64,000 nt of DNA from Armatimonadota bacterium. Its GTDB lineage: Bacteria > Armatimonadota > UBA10988. Positions within the stretch are counted from its first letter, which is position 1, and the number at the start of each line of letters is the position of its first letter. The stretch is from the NCBI GenBank assembly GCA_016235455.1, contig JACRKZ010000059.1, positions 1 through 64,000 of the forward strand, in the 5' to 3' direction. The notes beneath the pieces were generated by a model that worked only from the letters and a program-made list of their open reading frames with translations, was not told where the DNA came from and did not search any database. This document shows, in pieces, positions 16,856 through 26,961 of the stretch. Both the position numbers and the translations under genes were made by a program.

Positions 16856-19408
16856 ATGAAGCCGTTGAAGACTTTCCACGTAACGCCTGCGTTGCCCGAG
16901 AACCTGGCCATCCTGCGCGACATGGCCTACAACCTCTATTGGTCATGGCACCCCGAGGTGATCGAGGTGTTCCGCCGGCTGGATCGCGACCTGTGGGAGT
17001 CAACGGGGCACAATCCAGTCAAGATGCTGGGCGAAGTGCGCCAGAACGTGCTCACCAGCGCCGCCGCCGACGAGGGCTTCCTGGCCCAGTTGCGGCGCGC
17101 GTCGGAGGCCTTCCAGACCTACTTGAGCGAGGTCGGCTATGTGGAGAAAGGCTGCGAGGAACACCATCTCCGCGTCGGCTACTTCTCCATGGAGTTCGGC
17201 CTGACCGAATGCCTGAGCATCTACTCGGGCGGTCTGGGCATGTTGGCCGGCGACCACCTCAAGTCGGCCAGCGACCTCGGCGTCAACCTGGTGGCCGTGG
17301 GCCTGCTCTATCAGCAGGGCTACTCGCGCCAGTACCTGAACGCCGACGGCTGGCAGCAGGACTTCTTCCCCGAGAACGACTTCTTCAACCTGCCCGTCGA
17401 GGAGTGCCTCGACGCGGCCGGCGAGCCGGTCATGGTGTCGGTGGACTATCCCACAGGGCCGGTCCACGCCAAGGTCTGGCGGGTGAACGTGGGGCGCGTG
17501 CCGCTGCATGTGCTGGACACCAACATTCCGGCCAACGCCCGCGCCGAGGACCGCGACCTGACCGATCGCCTGTATGGCGGTGACGACGACATGCGCCTGC
17601 GGCAGGAGATCCTGCTGGGCATCGGCGGCCTGCGCGCGCTGGACAAGCTGGGCTTGCGGCCCACGGTGTGCCACATGAACGAAGGCCACGCGGCCTTCCT
17701 GGCGCTGGAGCGCATCCGCCAGCAGATGGTCGAGAAGGGCATCCCGTTCGCCGAGGCTCGTGAGGCCACGGTGCCCGGCAACGTGTTCACCACGCACACC
17801 CCGGTGCCGGCCGGCAACGACCGCTTCTCGCCCGAAGCCATGACGCTGTACTTCACCGAATACGCGCGTCAGTTGGGTCTGCCGTGGCGCGAGTTCATGG
17901 GGTTGGGTCGCGAGAACCCGGCCGACGACCATGAGTTCTTCTGTATGACGGTGCTGGCGCTCAAGCTGGCCGCTCACAACAACGGCGTGAGCGAATTGCA
18001 CGGCGAAGTGGCGCGCGGCATGTGGATCAACGTGTGGCCGGGCGTGCCGCTCAATGAGGTGCCCGTGGGCGCCATCACCAACGGTGTGCACGCGCGCTCG
18101 TGGGTGTCGAGCGACATGGCCGAGCTATTCGACCGCTACATGGGCCCGCGCTGGGCGGACAACCCCATGGACCGCGCGGTCTGGGAGCGTGTGGACAAGA
18201 TCCCCGACGAGGAACTGTGGCGCACCCACGAGCGCCGCCGCGAACGCCTCGTGGCTTTCGCGCGCGACTGCCTGACCCGACAGCTCGACCGCACCGGCGC
18301 CACGCCGCGCGAACGGCGCGTGGCCGGCGAGGTGCTCGACCCCAAGGCCCTGACCATCGGTTTCGCCCGGCGGTTCGCCACCTACAAGCGCGGCACGCTG
18401 TTGCTTCGCGATCTGGACCGGTTGGCGCGCATCGTCAACCAGACTGATCGGCCGCTGCAGATCATCTACGCGGGCAAGGCGCACCCCAAAGACAATGACG
18501 GCAAGGAGTTCATCCGCCAGATCGTCCATACGGCGCGCATGGAGCCGTTCCGGCACCGCATCGTGTTCCTCGAGGACTACGACCAGGTCGTGGCTCGGCG
18601 ACTGGTGCAGGGCGTCGACCTGTGGCTCAACACGCCGCTGCGACCGCTGGAAGCCAGCGGCACCTCGGGCATGAAGGTGGTCTTCAACGGCGGCCTGAAC
18701 TGCTCCATCCCCGACGGCTGGTGGCCCGAGGGCTACAACGGCTACAACGGCTGGTGCATCGGCCGCGGCGAGTCCTATGAGGACCGCGCCTACCAGGACG
18801 ACGTGGAGTCGCGTGCGCTGTACGACCTGCTCGAGCGCGAGATCGTGCCGATCTACTACGACCGCGAGGGCGACGGTCCGCCCCGCGAGTGGGTGGCTCG
18901 GGTCAAGAACTCGATCCGCACCCTGGCGCCCGTGTTCAACACCAACCGCATGGTGCTCGAATACACGCGCAGCTTCTACATGCCCAGTGGCATCGCCTTC
19001 AATGCCCTCAACCAGGATGGCCGCGCCAAGGCGCTGGCTGACTACAAGGCCAAAGCGCGCGCGGCCTGGGCCGGGGTGCACCTGGTCGAGGTCAACGGCG
19101 GCGACCAGAGCGCGTTGGTGGTGGGTCAGAAGAAGCCCGTCACCGCCACGGTCGCGCTGGGCCAGCTCACGGCTGATGAGGTGTGCGTGCAGGCTTGGTA
19201 CGGCCGCATCGACCCGCGCGACGAGATCGTCGACGGTGTGGCGGTGAACCTGACAGTGCAGTCGTGCGAAGGCGGCCGGGCCGTGTTCGCCGGCGACATT
19301 CCGTGTGCCAAGTCGGGTCGCCAGGGCTATCAGGTGCGCATCATCCCCAAGCACCCGGACCTGGCCAGCCCGCTGACCATGGGCCTCGTGAAGTGGGCCA
19401 CGGCGTAG
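16856..19408 (+). CDS. glgP: Alpha-glucan (glycogen) phosphorylase
   Basis: YFSMEFGL, YSGGLG.LAGD, HMNEGH, FARRFATYKR, EASGTSGMK (PLP lysine). Confidence 0.96.
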   Translation: MKPLKTFHVTPALPENLAILRDMAYNLYWSWHPEVIEVFRRLDRDLWESTGHNPVKMLGEVRQNVLTSAAADEGFLAQLRRASEAFQTYLSEVGYVEKGCEEHHLRVGYFSMEFGLTECLSIYSGGLGMLAGDHLKSASDLGVNLVAVGLLYQQGYSRQYLNADGWQQDFFPENDFFNLPVEECLDAAGEPVMVSVDYPTGPVHAKVWRVNVGRVPLHVLDTNIPANARAEDRDLTDRLYGGDDDMRLRQEILLGIGGLRALDKLGLRPTVCHMNEGHAAFLALERIRQQMVEKGIPFAEAREATVPGNVFTTHTPVPAGNDRFSPEAMTLYFTEYARQLGLPWREFMGLGRENPADDHEFFCMTVLALKLAAHNNGVSELHGEVARGMWINVWPGVPLNEVPVGAITNGVHARSWVSSDMAELFDRYMGPRWADNPMDRAVWERVDKIPDEELWRTHERRRERLVAFARDCLTRQLDRTGATPRERRVAGEVLDPKALTIGFARRFATYKRGTLLLRDLDRLARIVNQTDRPLQIIYAGKAHPKDNDGKEFIRQIVHTARMEPFRHRIVFLEDYDQVVARRLVQGVDLWLNTPLRPLEASGTSGMKVVFNGGLNCSIPDGWWPEGYNGYNGWCIGRGESYEDRAYQDDVESRALYDLLEREIVPIYYDREGDGPPREWVARVKNSIRTLAPVFNTNRMVLEYTRSFYMPSGIAFNALNQDGRAKALADYKAKARAAWAGVHLVEVNGGDQSALVVGQKKPVTATVALGQLTADEVCVQAWYGRIDPRDEIVDGVAVNLTVQSCEGGRAVFAGDIPCAKSGRQGYQVRIIPKHPDLASPLTMGLVKWATA

Positions 19409-19438
19409 CGCGCCCTATCGGGTCCTACTGACGTCCAA

Positions 19439-19497
19439 CAGATGGCGCAGATGACGCAGATGACCGGTCAGGCCATCCGCGTCATCTGCGCCGTCTG
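19439..19497. repeat. Intergenic palindromic CGCAGATG-type repeat, copy 2
   Basis: CAGATGGCGCAGATGACGCAGATG-N11-CATCCGCGTCATCTGCGCCGTCTG, between convergent genes. Confidence 0.82.
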
Positions 19498-19510
19498 CTG
19501 ATTCGGGGCT

Positions 19511-20485
19511 CTATGCCGCCCGAGTCTTGCTCTTAAGCCACCGGTCATAGAGCACGGCGATGACGATGAGCGGCGCAATGATGACCTTGCTCCACTGGTT
19601 GGGCACATCGAGCAGGTTGCAGCCGTTGATGAGCACGGCCATGATGGCCACACCCACGAGCGTGCCGCCGACCGAGCCCTGACCGCCGCTGAGGCTGGCC
19701 CCGCCGATCACCACTGCCGCGATGGCGTCCAACTCGATGCCGCCGGCCATGGTGGGCTCGGCGCTGGCGTTCTGCATCATGTTCACCAGGCCGGCCAGGC
19801 CGACCAGCGCACCCTCGATCACGAACAGCCAGGTCAGCGTGCGGTCGGTGCGGATACCGCTGAGATGGGCCGCCTGAGTGTTGGCGCCGAGCGCATAGAT
19901 GCCGCGGCCGAAGACCGTGTAGGCCAGCGCGGTGTGGACCAGCGCAGCCACCGCCAGCAACAGCCAGATGCCCGTGGGCAGGCCGAGCACGCGGTTGTTG
20001 ATGATGTCACCCATGAAGCCGAACTCGCCACTGACGGTCTGCGCGTCGGTGATCACCAGGGCCACGCCGCGGGCTAGGCCCATCATGGCCAGCGTGACCA
20101 CGAACGACGGCATCTTGGCCTTGGTGGTGACCAGGCCGTTGATCATGCCGCAGCCCACGCCAACGGCCACGGCGATGGCCACGGCCGCCGGGAACGGCAC
20201 GCCGCGGTTGACCAGCAGGCCACCGGACACCGCGGCCAGCGCCATCACCGAACCGACGCCCAGGTCGATGTGCCCGGCGATGATGACCACGGTCTCGCCG
20301 ATGGCGATGAGCGCGAGCGGAATGTTGCGCACCACGACGTTGCGCAGGTTGCCGCTGGCGATCATCTTGCCTTCGGTCTGCCAGTGCAGAACCAGCAGCA
20401 GGATGACCAGCAAGGTCAGCGGGGCGATGGTCTGCAGACAGCGCTGCAGCGTGCTCATGCTGGCAATCGACTTCTTGGCCGCCAT
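19511..20485 (-). CDS. Monosaccharide ABC transporter permease (RbsC/CUT2 family)
   Basis: IDLGVGS, FVVTLAM, FGRGIYALGAN..AA.LSGI, ELDAIAAVVIGGASLSGG. Confidence 0.92.
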   Translation of the reverse strand: MAAKKSIASMSTLQRCLQTIAPLTLLVILLLVLHWQTEGKMIASGNLRNVVVRNIPLALIAIGETVVIIAGHIDLGVGSVMALAAVSGGLLVNRGVPFPAAVAIAVAVGVGCGMINGLVTTKAKMPSFVVTLAMMGLARGVALVITDAQTVSGEFGFMGDIINNRVLGLPTGIWLLLAVAALVHTALAYTVFGRGIYALGANTQAAHLSGIRTDRTLTWLFVIEGALVGLAGLVNMMQNASAEPTMAGGIELDAIAAVVIGGASLSGGQGSVGGTLVGVAIMAVLINGCNLLDVPNQWSKVIIAPLIVIAVLYDRWLKSKTRAA

Positions 20486-20539
20486 GCGACGCTCCGTGTT
20501 CGCGCCGCACAGCATAGCACATTGGGCCCGGCGGAACAC

Positions 20540-22954
20540 TCAGCGCGCGCGTTGCGGCCGGAGCACCTGCGACTGCCCGGCGCCGACCACCACGGTGGCT
20601 TGCCAGCGGTCGAATTCGAGCATCAGCGGCACCGGCTCGACGGCTGGGCCGGCGACGTCGACCAGAACCGGCAGCGGCGCGCCTGGCTCCATGGCCAAGC
20701 CGAGCGCGGAGGGATGTAGCGTCAGCCGCACGGTGCGCTCGCGCGGCGAGGCGTTACGCAGGACCAGCGCCAGGCTGTCGCCTTCGCCGTAGCGCTGGAG
20801 TTCGACCAGGTCATCGCTGACAGAAGCGTAGGGTACCGGCCGCCAGCCAGCAGCCGTCAGTGGCCCCAGCAACGGCAGGTGGCGTGCGAACCACGAGGCG
20901 TTGGCGTTGGCCAGGTCCGGGGTGAGCAGCCCGATCGGGCCGGGGTAGGCCCCCACCAGCAGCGCATCGGACCACAGGCGCGGCAGGATGCCGGTCGTGG
21001 TGGCGGGATTGAGCAGGTCGGGCTCCAGATAGGTGATCGGCCGTGATGGCGCCAGCGCGCGCAGCCACAGCAGGTGGCCAAACTCCGGTGAGCGCAGCCC
21101 GCCCGAGAGTACGTCGAGGTAGGGCAGCACCCACGGCAGCGGCATGGCCGGGTCAGGGCCGCCGAGCACTGTGCGGCCCTGACGGCGCAGGTGCTCCGCG
21201 GCGGCCGCCAGCAGGTCCAGATTGCGGATCGACGCCGGCAGCGCCGGCCCGCGCCGGGCGCGACTGACACTCAGCGGCAGGTCGGTGGCCGCCCAGTGGG
21301 CGGCGTCCAGGTCGTCGGCGTCCCAGCCGGCCCACCCAGTGGCCAGCCCATCGACCACCACGCCGCGGCCCATCCGCTCGAGGCTGGTCAACGCCGCCTC
21401 GAGTGGCGGACCGGGCGGCGTGGCTTGCGGGTACCAGGCGCGGCCGGTCGAGTCACGCCGTGGGAAGCCAGCGCCGGTCGGCTCGGCCCACGGTTGCCAA
21501 CGCGAGAGCGCGACCAGGCCGGCGCGCGCGGCCCACTCCGGGTGCTCGCCGGCGAGTTCGTCGTAGCGCAGCCCAAGGCGTCGAGGGTCGGGCAGGGCGC
21601 CGGGATCGATGCCGGCGAACCACGCGCCGTGTGGCGCGGGGGGCGACGGCGCCGCCGGGAAGACCGCGGCGTGGCGCTCCAGCGCCGAGCGCAGGCCCCA
21701 GCGCGGCTCCGCGGCGAACACTGCCAGTTCGAAGGCGACGCTGTCGTGGCCGCTCGCTGGGTCCAGGCCCAGGTCGAGGCTGGCGAACAGGCCATCCTCC
21801 TGGCGGAAGCCGAAGCGCGTGAGCAGCGGCTGTTCGGTGGGCTGGGCCAGCACCACCGCGCCGGCCGGTGCCTCACGCGAGACGCAGGCCAGCGGCCAGG
21901 GCGAGTAGAGATGACCGTCGCCCAGGTGCTGCCAGGTGCACAGGGTGCGCAGGCTGCTCGAGGCGATGGGCTCGGCGCGGCGTGGATCGTACCACCAGCG
22001 CCAGCCCGAGCCATCGAGCGGCAGGCGGAAGGTCAAACACACGGCCCGTGGTGCCGGCGTCGTGGTGCTGAGCCGCCCGCTGAGCCGCAAGGCGCCGGAC
22101 ACCGAGCGGTAGTCCACGTTCAGCCGCAGGCCTTGCGCCGCGCCGGCAAAGGTGGCGCCGTCCGCCGTGGCCTGCAGGCGACCCTCGACCGCTTCGGCGG
22201 CGCCCGTGGCGTGCGTGACGAGCCAGGCACCCGCGCATTCGAGCGGCGCCTCGCTGCCCTCGCCGGCCACGATCAGCATGAGCCCGGCGGTGTTGGGCGG
22301 CGCGAAGACGCGTGCCGTCCACTCGGTCCACTCGCCGCGCAGGCGTTCTGGCTGGCAGGCTACCCAGTTGGTCTGCGCGCGGCCCGCGGCGCTCAGCGCA
22401 AGCACGCCCACACGCCCTGGCGGCGCGCCACGCAGCAACACGCGCAGCGTGAAGGAAGCGCCGGCGCGTGCGTCGTCAGTGACGGGACACACCAGCCGCA
22501 ACATGCTGCCGGCGGCGGCGTCCCGCGGGGCCAGCGCGGCCACCGCCGACGACAGGCCGGCGCCCTGGTCATCTATGATGGTCACGCCCGCGGGCGTCAG
22601 CTTCCACTGGCCGCCAAACAGCCAGGCCGGTGTCGGCCGCGGTCCATCTTCGGCCGGCGCCAGCAGCGCCGAGACAGAGGGTGGGCCGCCATGGCCCAGA
22701 TCGGCCGGAATCGAGGCGGGGATGGGGCACCAGCGGGTGCGATCGGTCCCTTGGGCCAGGTCGGCCAGCTCGAACCCGCCCAGTCCCAGCACGGGCCGCG
22801 GGCGCTGCTGCAACATCAGCCCGGTGACGCGGCCCTCGTCGCTCAGTTCGACCGCCAGGTCGGGCTCCGGCGAGAGGACCAGGCCGCTGGCCGCTGCCGC
22901 CAGCCAGGACAGTGCCAGCGCGCACCATCGCCAGGGCCCGACGGTGGCGGTCAC
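20540..22954 (-). CDS. Large secreted hypothetical protein (CBM-like insert plus divergent glycoside-hydrolase-like barrel), 804 aa
   Basis: Signal peptide; GEWTEWTARVFAPP; Trp-rich; overlaps the upstream gene by 4 bp. Confidence 0.55.
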   Translation of the reverse strand: MTATVGPWRWCALALSWLAAAASGLVLSPEPDLAVELSDEGRVTGLMLQQRPRPVLGLGGFELADLAQGTDRTRWCPIPASIPADLGHGGPPSVSALLAPAEDGPRPTPAWLFGGQWKLTPAGVTIIDDQGAGLSSAVAALAPRDAAAGSMLRLVCPVTDDARAGASFTLRVLLRGAPPGRVGVLALSAAGRAQTNWVACQPERLRGEWTEWTARVFAPPNTAGLMLIVAGEGSEAPLECAGAWLVTHATGAAEAVEGRLQATADGATFAGAAQGLRLNVDYRSVSGALRLSGRLSTTTPAPRAVCLTFRLPLDGSGWRWWYDPRRAEPIASSSLRTLCTWQHLGDGHLYSPWPLACVSREAPAGAVVLAQPTEQPLLTRFGFRQEDGLFASLDLGLDPASGHDSVAFELAVFAAEPRWGLRSALERHAAVFPAAPSPPAPHGAWFAGIDPGALPDPRRLGLRYDELAGEHPEWAARAGLVALSRWQPWAEPTGAGFPRRDSTGRAWYPQATPPGPPLEAALTSLERMGRGVVVDGLATGWAGWDADDLDAAHWAATDLPLSVSRARRGPALPASIRNLDLLAAAAEHLRRQGRTVLGGPDPAMPLPWVLPYLDVLSGGLRSPEFGHLLWLRALAPSRPITYLEPDLLNPATTTGILPRLWSDALLVGAYPGPIGLLTPDLANANASWFARHLPLLGPLTAAGWRPVPYASVSDDLVELQRYGEGDSLALVLRNASPRERTVRLTLHPSALGLAMEPGAPLPVLVDVAGPAVEPVPLMLEFDRWQATVVVGAGQSQVLRPQRAR

Positions 22955-24648
22955 GCCGGACCACCCTCAGCCTGCCAGCGGGCCAGGACGATGTAGGCCG
23001 CGGCCGACCACGCGTCCTCGGGCCAGGCACCGGTGTAGCGACCGCGCGGCAGCTCGGCGGGCGACCGGGCGTCGAGCGCGTCGTAGTACTCCCACATCGT
23101 CCCGGTGCGCTCGTACCAGTCGGTCATCGCCGTCAGCGTGCGGTCGCGCACCGCCGCGGCCTCGGCAACCAGTCCATAGCGGGCCAGGCCCTCGCACACC
23201 AGGACCGTCGCGGCGGGGAAGACGGCACCGCGCCAGCGGTTCTGATCATTGCGCGGGTCGCGCGTCGACAGGCTGGGCAAGGGCAGCGGGGCGGCGAAAG
23301 CACCATCGGGGCCCAGATGGCGCGCGGCCATGGCCACAGCCTGCTCGTCGCTGGCCACACCGGCAAACAGCGGCATCCAACCGGCAATGGTCAGTGCGTC
23401 GACGGCCTCGTCATCGGGATAGCGGTCGACAAAGAAGCACTGCTGCTCGTCCCAGAAGTAGTCGCGCGTCTCGCGGCCGAGTTCCTCGCCGATCCAGGCC
23501 AGGTGCACGGCCTCGCGGTGCTCGGGCGTGACCTCCTCGATGATGCGGGCCAGGCTGGCCATCTCGCCGCAGCACAGGGCGGTATGGTCCACGGCGGCGA
23601 ACGGCTCGTTCAGGTCGAAGCGTGGCGAGTTGTCCATGCCCGCGCCGTCGCCGCGACCCCAGGTGAGGAACTGCGCGCCGCGGCTGCGGGCATGGCCCAG
23701 CCGCGACAGCATGCGCGCCGCCAGAGGGTACTTGGCGACCTCGCGCAGCCGGCCGGCGGCGGCGGCCAGCCATTCGCGGTCGCCGGTGCGCTCGTACAGG
23801 CGTTGGCACCCCCAGCACATCAACGGCGGGCCGGAGTCGTGGGTCTTGCCGTCAGGCCACACGGCGTCGGCCAGCAGGCCAGCCGATGTCTGCTGCGCCA
23901 GCATGCCCAGCATCATGCCTTCGGCCAGACGGGGCTCGTCCTCGGCCAGGGCCAGCGCCAGCAACGGCGCGTGCCAGGTCAGCGCAAAGCGCGCGCCGGC
24001 GGTGCCTTCGGGCGGGCGTCGCTGGCTCAGCATCCAAGGCCGGGACAGATGCCCCTCGGGGGCCATCACGGCCCCGCGCAGGATGGCTTTGGCTTTGGCC
24101 AGCGCCGGCTCTGCGGCAGGCACCGCGGCGGGCGGCAGGCGGCGCGTCAAGGCGTCGTTGTCGGCGGCCAGCGGCCCCAAGGGCAGGCAGAACCGGGCCG
24201 TCTGCCCAGGCGCCAGGCTGGCGGGTTGGCGGGCATCGGTCAACTCGGCTCGGTCGCACAGCAGCCGCGCGGTCTCGCAGGGCTCGCCGATCACCTCAAC
24301 CCACGCGGTCAGCGGCTGCTGGGCTTCGGGCCGGACCTCGATCGCGCCGTGCAGCAGGTGCTGGCTGGCGTAGCCCAGCGTCAGCTCGGCGGCGCCGTCG
24401 GCCAGGGCCACGCAGATGCGGTCATGGCTGATGGTCAACGGCCGCCAGTGCGCGTCGCTGGCGTGTACCACCAGCGTCAGCGGCTCGCCGCCCTCGAGCG
24501 TGACGCCCAGGGCGTCGGGCAGGAGGCGGGCCTCGCGGCCGCCAGCCCAGTCCGTCTGACCATCGAGACCCGAGAACGACAGCAGTTGCCATCCCGACCA
24601 CACGGGCCCGTTGGCCGCAGTGTTGTGTTCGGGTGGCAGGCTGGTCAT
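22951..24648 (-). CDS. GH63/MGH1-like (alpha/alpha)6 glycoside hydrolase
   Basis: GMDNSPRFD, RWRGAVF, MWEYYD; ATG overlaps the EutN stop (ATGA). Confidence 0.78.
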   Translation of the reverse strand: MTSLPPEHNTAANGPVWSGWQLLSFSGLDGQTDWAGGREARLLPDALGVTLEGGEPLTLVVHASDAHWRPLTISHDRICVALADGAAELTLGYASQHLLHGAIEVRPEAQQPLTAWVEVIGEPCETARLLCDRAELTDARQPASLAPGQTARFCLPLGPLAADNDALTRRLPPAAVPAAEPALAKAKAILRGAVMAPEGHLSRPWMLSQRRPPEGTAGARFALTWHAPLLALALAEDEPRLAEGMMLGMLAQQTSAGLLADAVWPDGKTHDSGPPLMCWGCQRLYERTGDREWLAAAAGRLREVAKYPLAARMLSRLGHARSRGAQFLTWGRGDGAGMDNSPRFDLNEPFAAVDHTALCCGEMASLARIIEEVTPEHREAVHLAWIGEELGRETRDYFWDEQQCFFVDRYPDDEAVDALTIAGWMPLFAGVASDEQAVAMAARHLGPDGAFAAPLPLPSLSTRDPRNDQNRWRGAVFPAATVLVCEGLARYGLVAEAAAVRDRTLTAMTDWYERTGTMWEYYDALDARSPAELPRGRYTGAWPEDAWSAAAYIVLARWQAEGGPA

Positions 24649-24920
24649 GAGCCGGGCTCTTCGTCGACGATACCGAGGATGAACGTGCGCACCGGCGGCG
24701 CGTCGTTGCGCAGCACTTGCTTGGCGGCCTTGCCTTCCTCGCAGGTCAGCACCAGTTGGCCCAGCCGCGCGCCGAGCGGGTCGACAGCCACCAGGGGCGG
24801 GCGCTTCAACGGTGTATGGCGGTCGGTCGCCACCAACTGCACCACCAGCAGGCGCTGGCCGTTCAGCGCCTCGTGGTGAATGGTGCTGATCACCTGGTCG
24901 ACAACGCGCGCGAGTTGCAT
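24645..24920 (-). CDS. Bacterial microcompartment vertex protein (EutN/CcmL, BMC-P)
   Basis: MQLARVVDQVIST.HHEALNGQRLLVVQ...VAVDPLGARLGQLVL...ILGIVD. Confidence 0.9.
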   Translation of the reverse strand: MQLARVVDQVISTIHHEALNGQRLLVVQLVATDRHTPLKRPPLVAVDPLGARLGQLVLTCEEGKAAKQVLRNDAPPVRTFILGIVDEEPGS

Positions 24921-24928
24921 GACGGCTC

Positions 24929-25210
24929 CTAGCCCTGACCAAACGGCTGGCTGGCCAGACGGTCGACCAAGCCGACAATGGCGGCGTCGAGAGCGGTGTT
25001 GGGGTCGGGCGCGGCCATCCGCGCCTCCAGGCTGCTCTCCCAGTAGACCACCTGCCCCTCGCCCGAGCCGATGGGATCAGCCGCCACAAACGGCTCGCCA
25101 GCCGGCTGCAAGTGCTCGTCCAGTGGCTCCAGAATGACCAGAGTCAGCGACTCGTACTTGGCATCCTTGATGACCGACCGGACCCTGCCAATGACACGAC
25201 CAAGCTGCAC
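24929..25210 (-). CDS. Bacterial microcompartment vertex protein (EutN/CcmL, BMC-P)
   Basis: GTG after GAGGAG; MQLGRVIGRV...KD...VAADPIGSGEGQVV...DAAIVGLVD. Confidence 0.92.
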   Translation of the reverse strand: MQLGRVIGRVRSVIKDAKYESLTLVILEPLDEHLQPAGEPFVAADPIGSGEGQVVYWESSLEARMAAPDPNTALDAAIVGLVDRLASQPFGQG

Positions 25211-25265
25211 CGTCTGCTCCTCTTGTCTTGTTCGACGCGGCCGGGAAGGTTCCTTTGGGCCGGTG

Positions 25266-26876
25266 TTACCGACCTGTTTCCACCACCGGCTCGCCCTCGC
25301 CGCGGCCGAGCCGGTAGACCCAGCTGCGGCCGGTGACCTTCGCGCCCTGCACATCGGCATGGACGTCACCGGTCAGGCGGAAGGTCTTGGCCTTGGTGTC
25401 GAAGGTGCCACCGTTGGCCGTGACCGTCAGGCCGTCGCTGGGGCTGGTGAGGCGGAACCCGCCGCTGAAGGTAACCAGCTTGGCATCGGGCGAGAGTGTG
25501 GCGTGGCCGGCGCTGGCCGACGCGCGTCGGTCGCGGCCGTGGAACACGCCGCTGGGCGATTCCATGCTCAGCCCGTCGCCACGGCCGGCTCGGCCGGAGC
25601 TGGCGCTGATCGTCCAGGCGCCCTCGTCGCCCTGGCCACCCGCGCGCAGCGGCGACATCGTGGCCGAGGTCAGCCCACGGTCGGCGGTCAGCCGGTCGCC
25701 TCGGACCCAGTAGCTGTCTCGTGACAGCCTGACCCCACCGCTGGCGGTCAGTGCGCCGCTCGCCGAGCGCGTGGCGGTGTTGGCCGAGAACGAACTGCCG
25801 TCCTTGGTCACGCGCACACCACCCGACGCGGTCATGGCCTTGTCGCGGTAGGTCGCCGTGCCGGCGTTGAGCGTGGTGCCATCGGCCAGCGTCGCATTGA
25901 CTCCCGACAGGCGCAGCGTGCGGTCGTCGCCGACCGTGCCTGTGTCCGCGCGCAGGTGGTCACCGTTCATCTGCGCGTTGATGCCGTTGAGGCGCGCCTG
26001 CCGTGCGGCCAAGTCCACCGTGCCGCCGGTGCCCGCCACGCTGAGCCCGTCGCGGGCGAGCGTGGTGGCGCCGCGCGTGGTCACGCGCCGGCTGGCCATC
26101 TCATAGGTGGCCGCCTCGGCGTGCAGCTTCGCGCCGTCGAGCGTGATGGTCACACCGTTCTCGAAGTTGAGCTGGCCGTCCTTGCCGTGCCACGCGGCGC
26201 GCGGCGCCTCGAACGTGGCGGGCTTGCCGCCTACGGCCATGTCGCCCGTGACTTCGGCGAAGACGATGCAGCCCGAGGCGTCGACATCACCGCGTTTGGC
26301 CCGCGCCGTCCAGGTGCCGGAGTCGCTCGCGCGACGTGCCCACAGGTCCACGCCGCCGGCGCTGCGCAGGTCGTACTTGGCGTGCGCGCCGCGGATGAAG
26401 AGCATGGTCCCGTCGTAGGTGAACCGCGCCCGGCCGGCGATCACGAACTCGAGCGTCTCGGTGTTGAACTCGCCGCGCTCGGCGCGCATGGTGGCCCGAT
26501 GCGACGCGGACCGCACGTCCAGCCGATGGTCGAGGGTGATGACCTGCCTGCCCAGTTCGTAACGCAGGCGCCCGGCGGCCAGTTGAGAGTCGTATTCGGG
26601 TAGACGCGACGATGCTTCGATATCGAGCAAGTCGCCCGTGCCGCCCGCGGCGCCCATGAGCGCACTGATTTGGCCGGTGGCGCTCAGGGCCGTGGTGCCG
26701 TCGGCGCGGGGGAAGTCCACCGTGGTGCGTCCGCCCACGGCGAACAGGCCCGTGTCCTTCGCCGACTGCTCGGGCGGTGGCTTCTTGATGCGCGGTGGCG
26801 GCGTGTCGAGGCTGACGCAGGCGCTCAGGCCCAGGCCTGTCGCCAGCATCACCCACAACCGTCGCCGCACTCGCAT
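25266..26876 (-). CDS. Lipoprotein with tandem LptC/LptA (OstA)-like beta-jellyroll repeats, 536 aa
   Basis: Lipobox LSAC; repeated (L/M)xAxxAxY/F...LxGxV strands, e.g. LHAEAATYE and VTANGGTFDTKAKTFRLTGDV. Confidence 0.7.
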   Translation of the reverse strand: MRVRRRLWVMLATGLGLSACVSLDTPPPRIKKPPPEQSAKDTGLFAVGGRTTVDFPRADGTTALSATGQISALMGAAGGTGDLLDIEASSRLPEYDSQLAAGRLRYELGRQVITLDHRLDVRSASHRATMRAERGEFNTETLEFVIAGRARFTYDGTMLFIRGAHAKYDLRSAGGVDLWARRASDSGTWTARAKRGDVDASGCIVFAEVTGDMAVGGKPATFEAPRAAWHGKDGQLNFENGVTITLDGAKLHAEAATYEMASRRVTTRGATTLARDGLSVAGTGGTVDLAARQARLNGINAQMNGDHLRADTGTVGDDRTLRLSGVNATLADGTTLNAGTATYRDKAMTASGGVRVTKDGSSFSANTATRSASGALTASGGVRLSRDSYWVRGDRLTADRGLTSATMSPLRAGGQGDEGAWTISASSGRAGRGDGLSMESPSGVFHGRDRRASASAGHATLSPDAKLVTFSGGFRLTSPSDGLTVTANGGTFDTKAKTFRLTGDVHADVQGAKVTGRSWVYRLGRGEGEPVVETGR

Positions 26877-26961
26877 GGGGCCATTATAGCCGCTCGGAGC
26901 GGTTGCCCACAGCGCCTTTGCAGCCGAGGCGCATCGGCGTACCATGCGGGCTGGAGAGACC

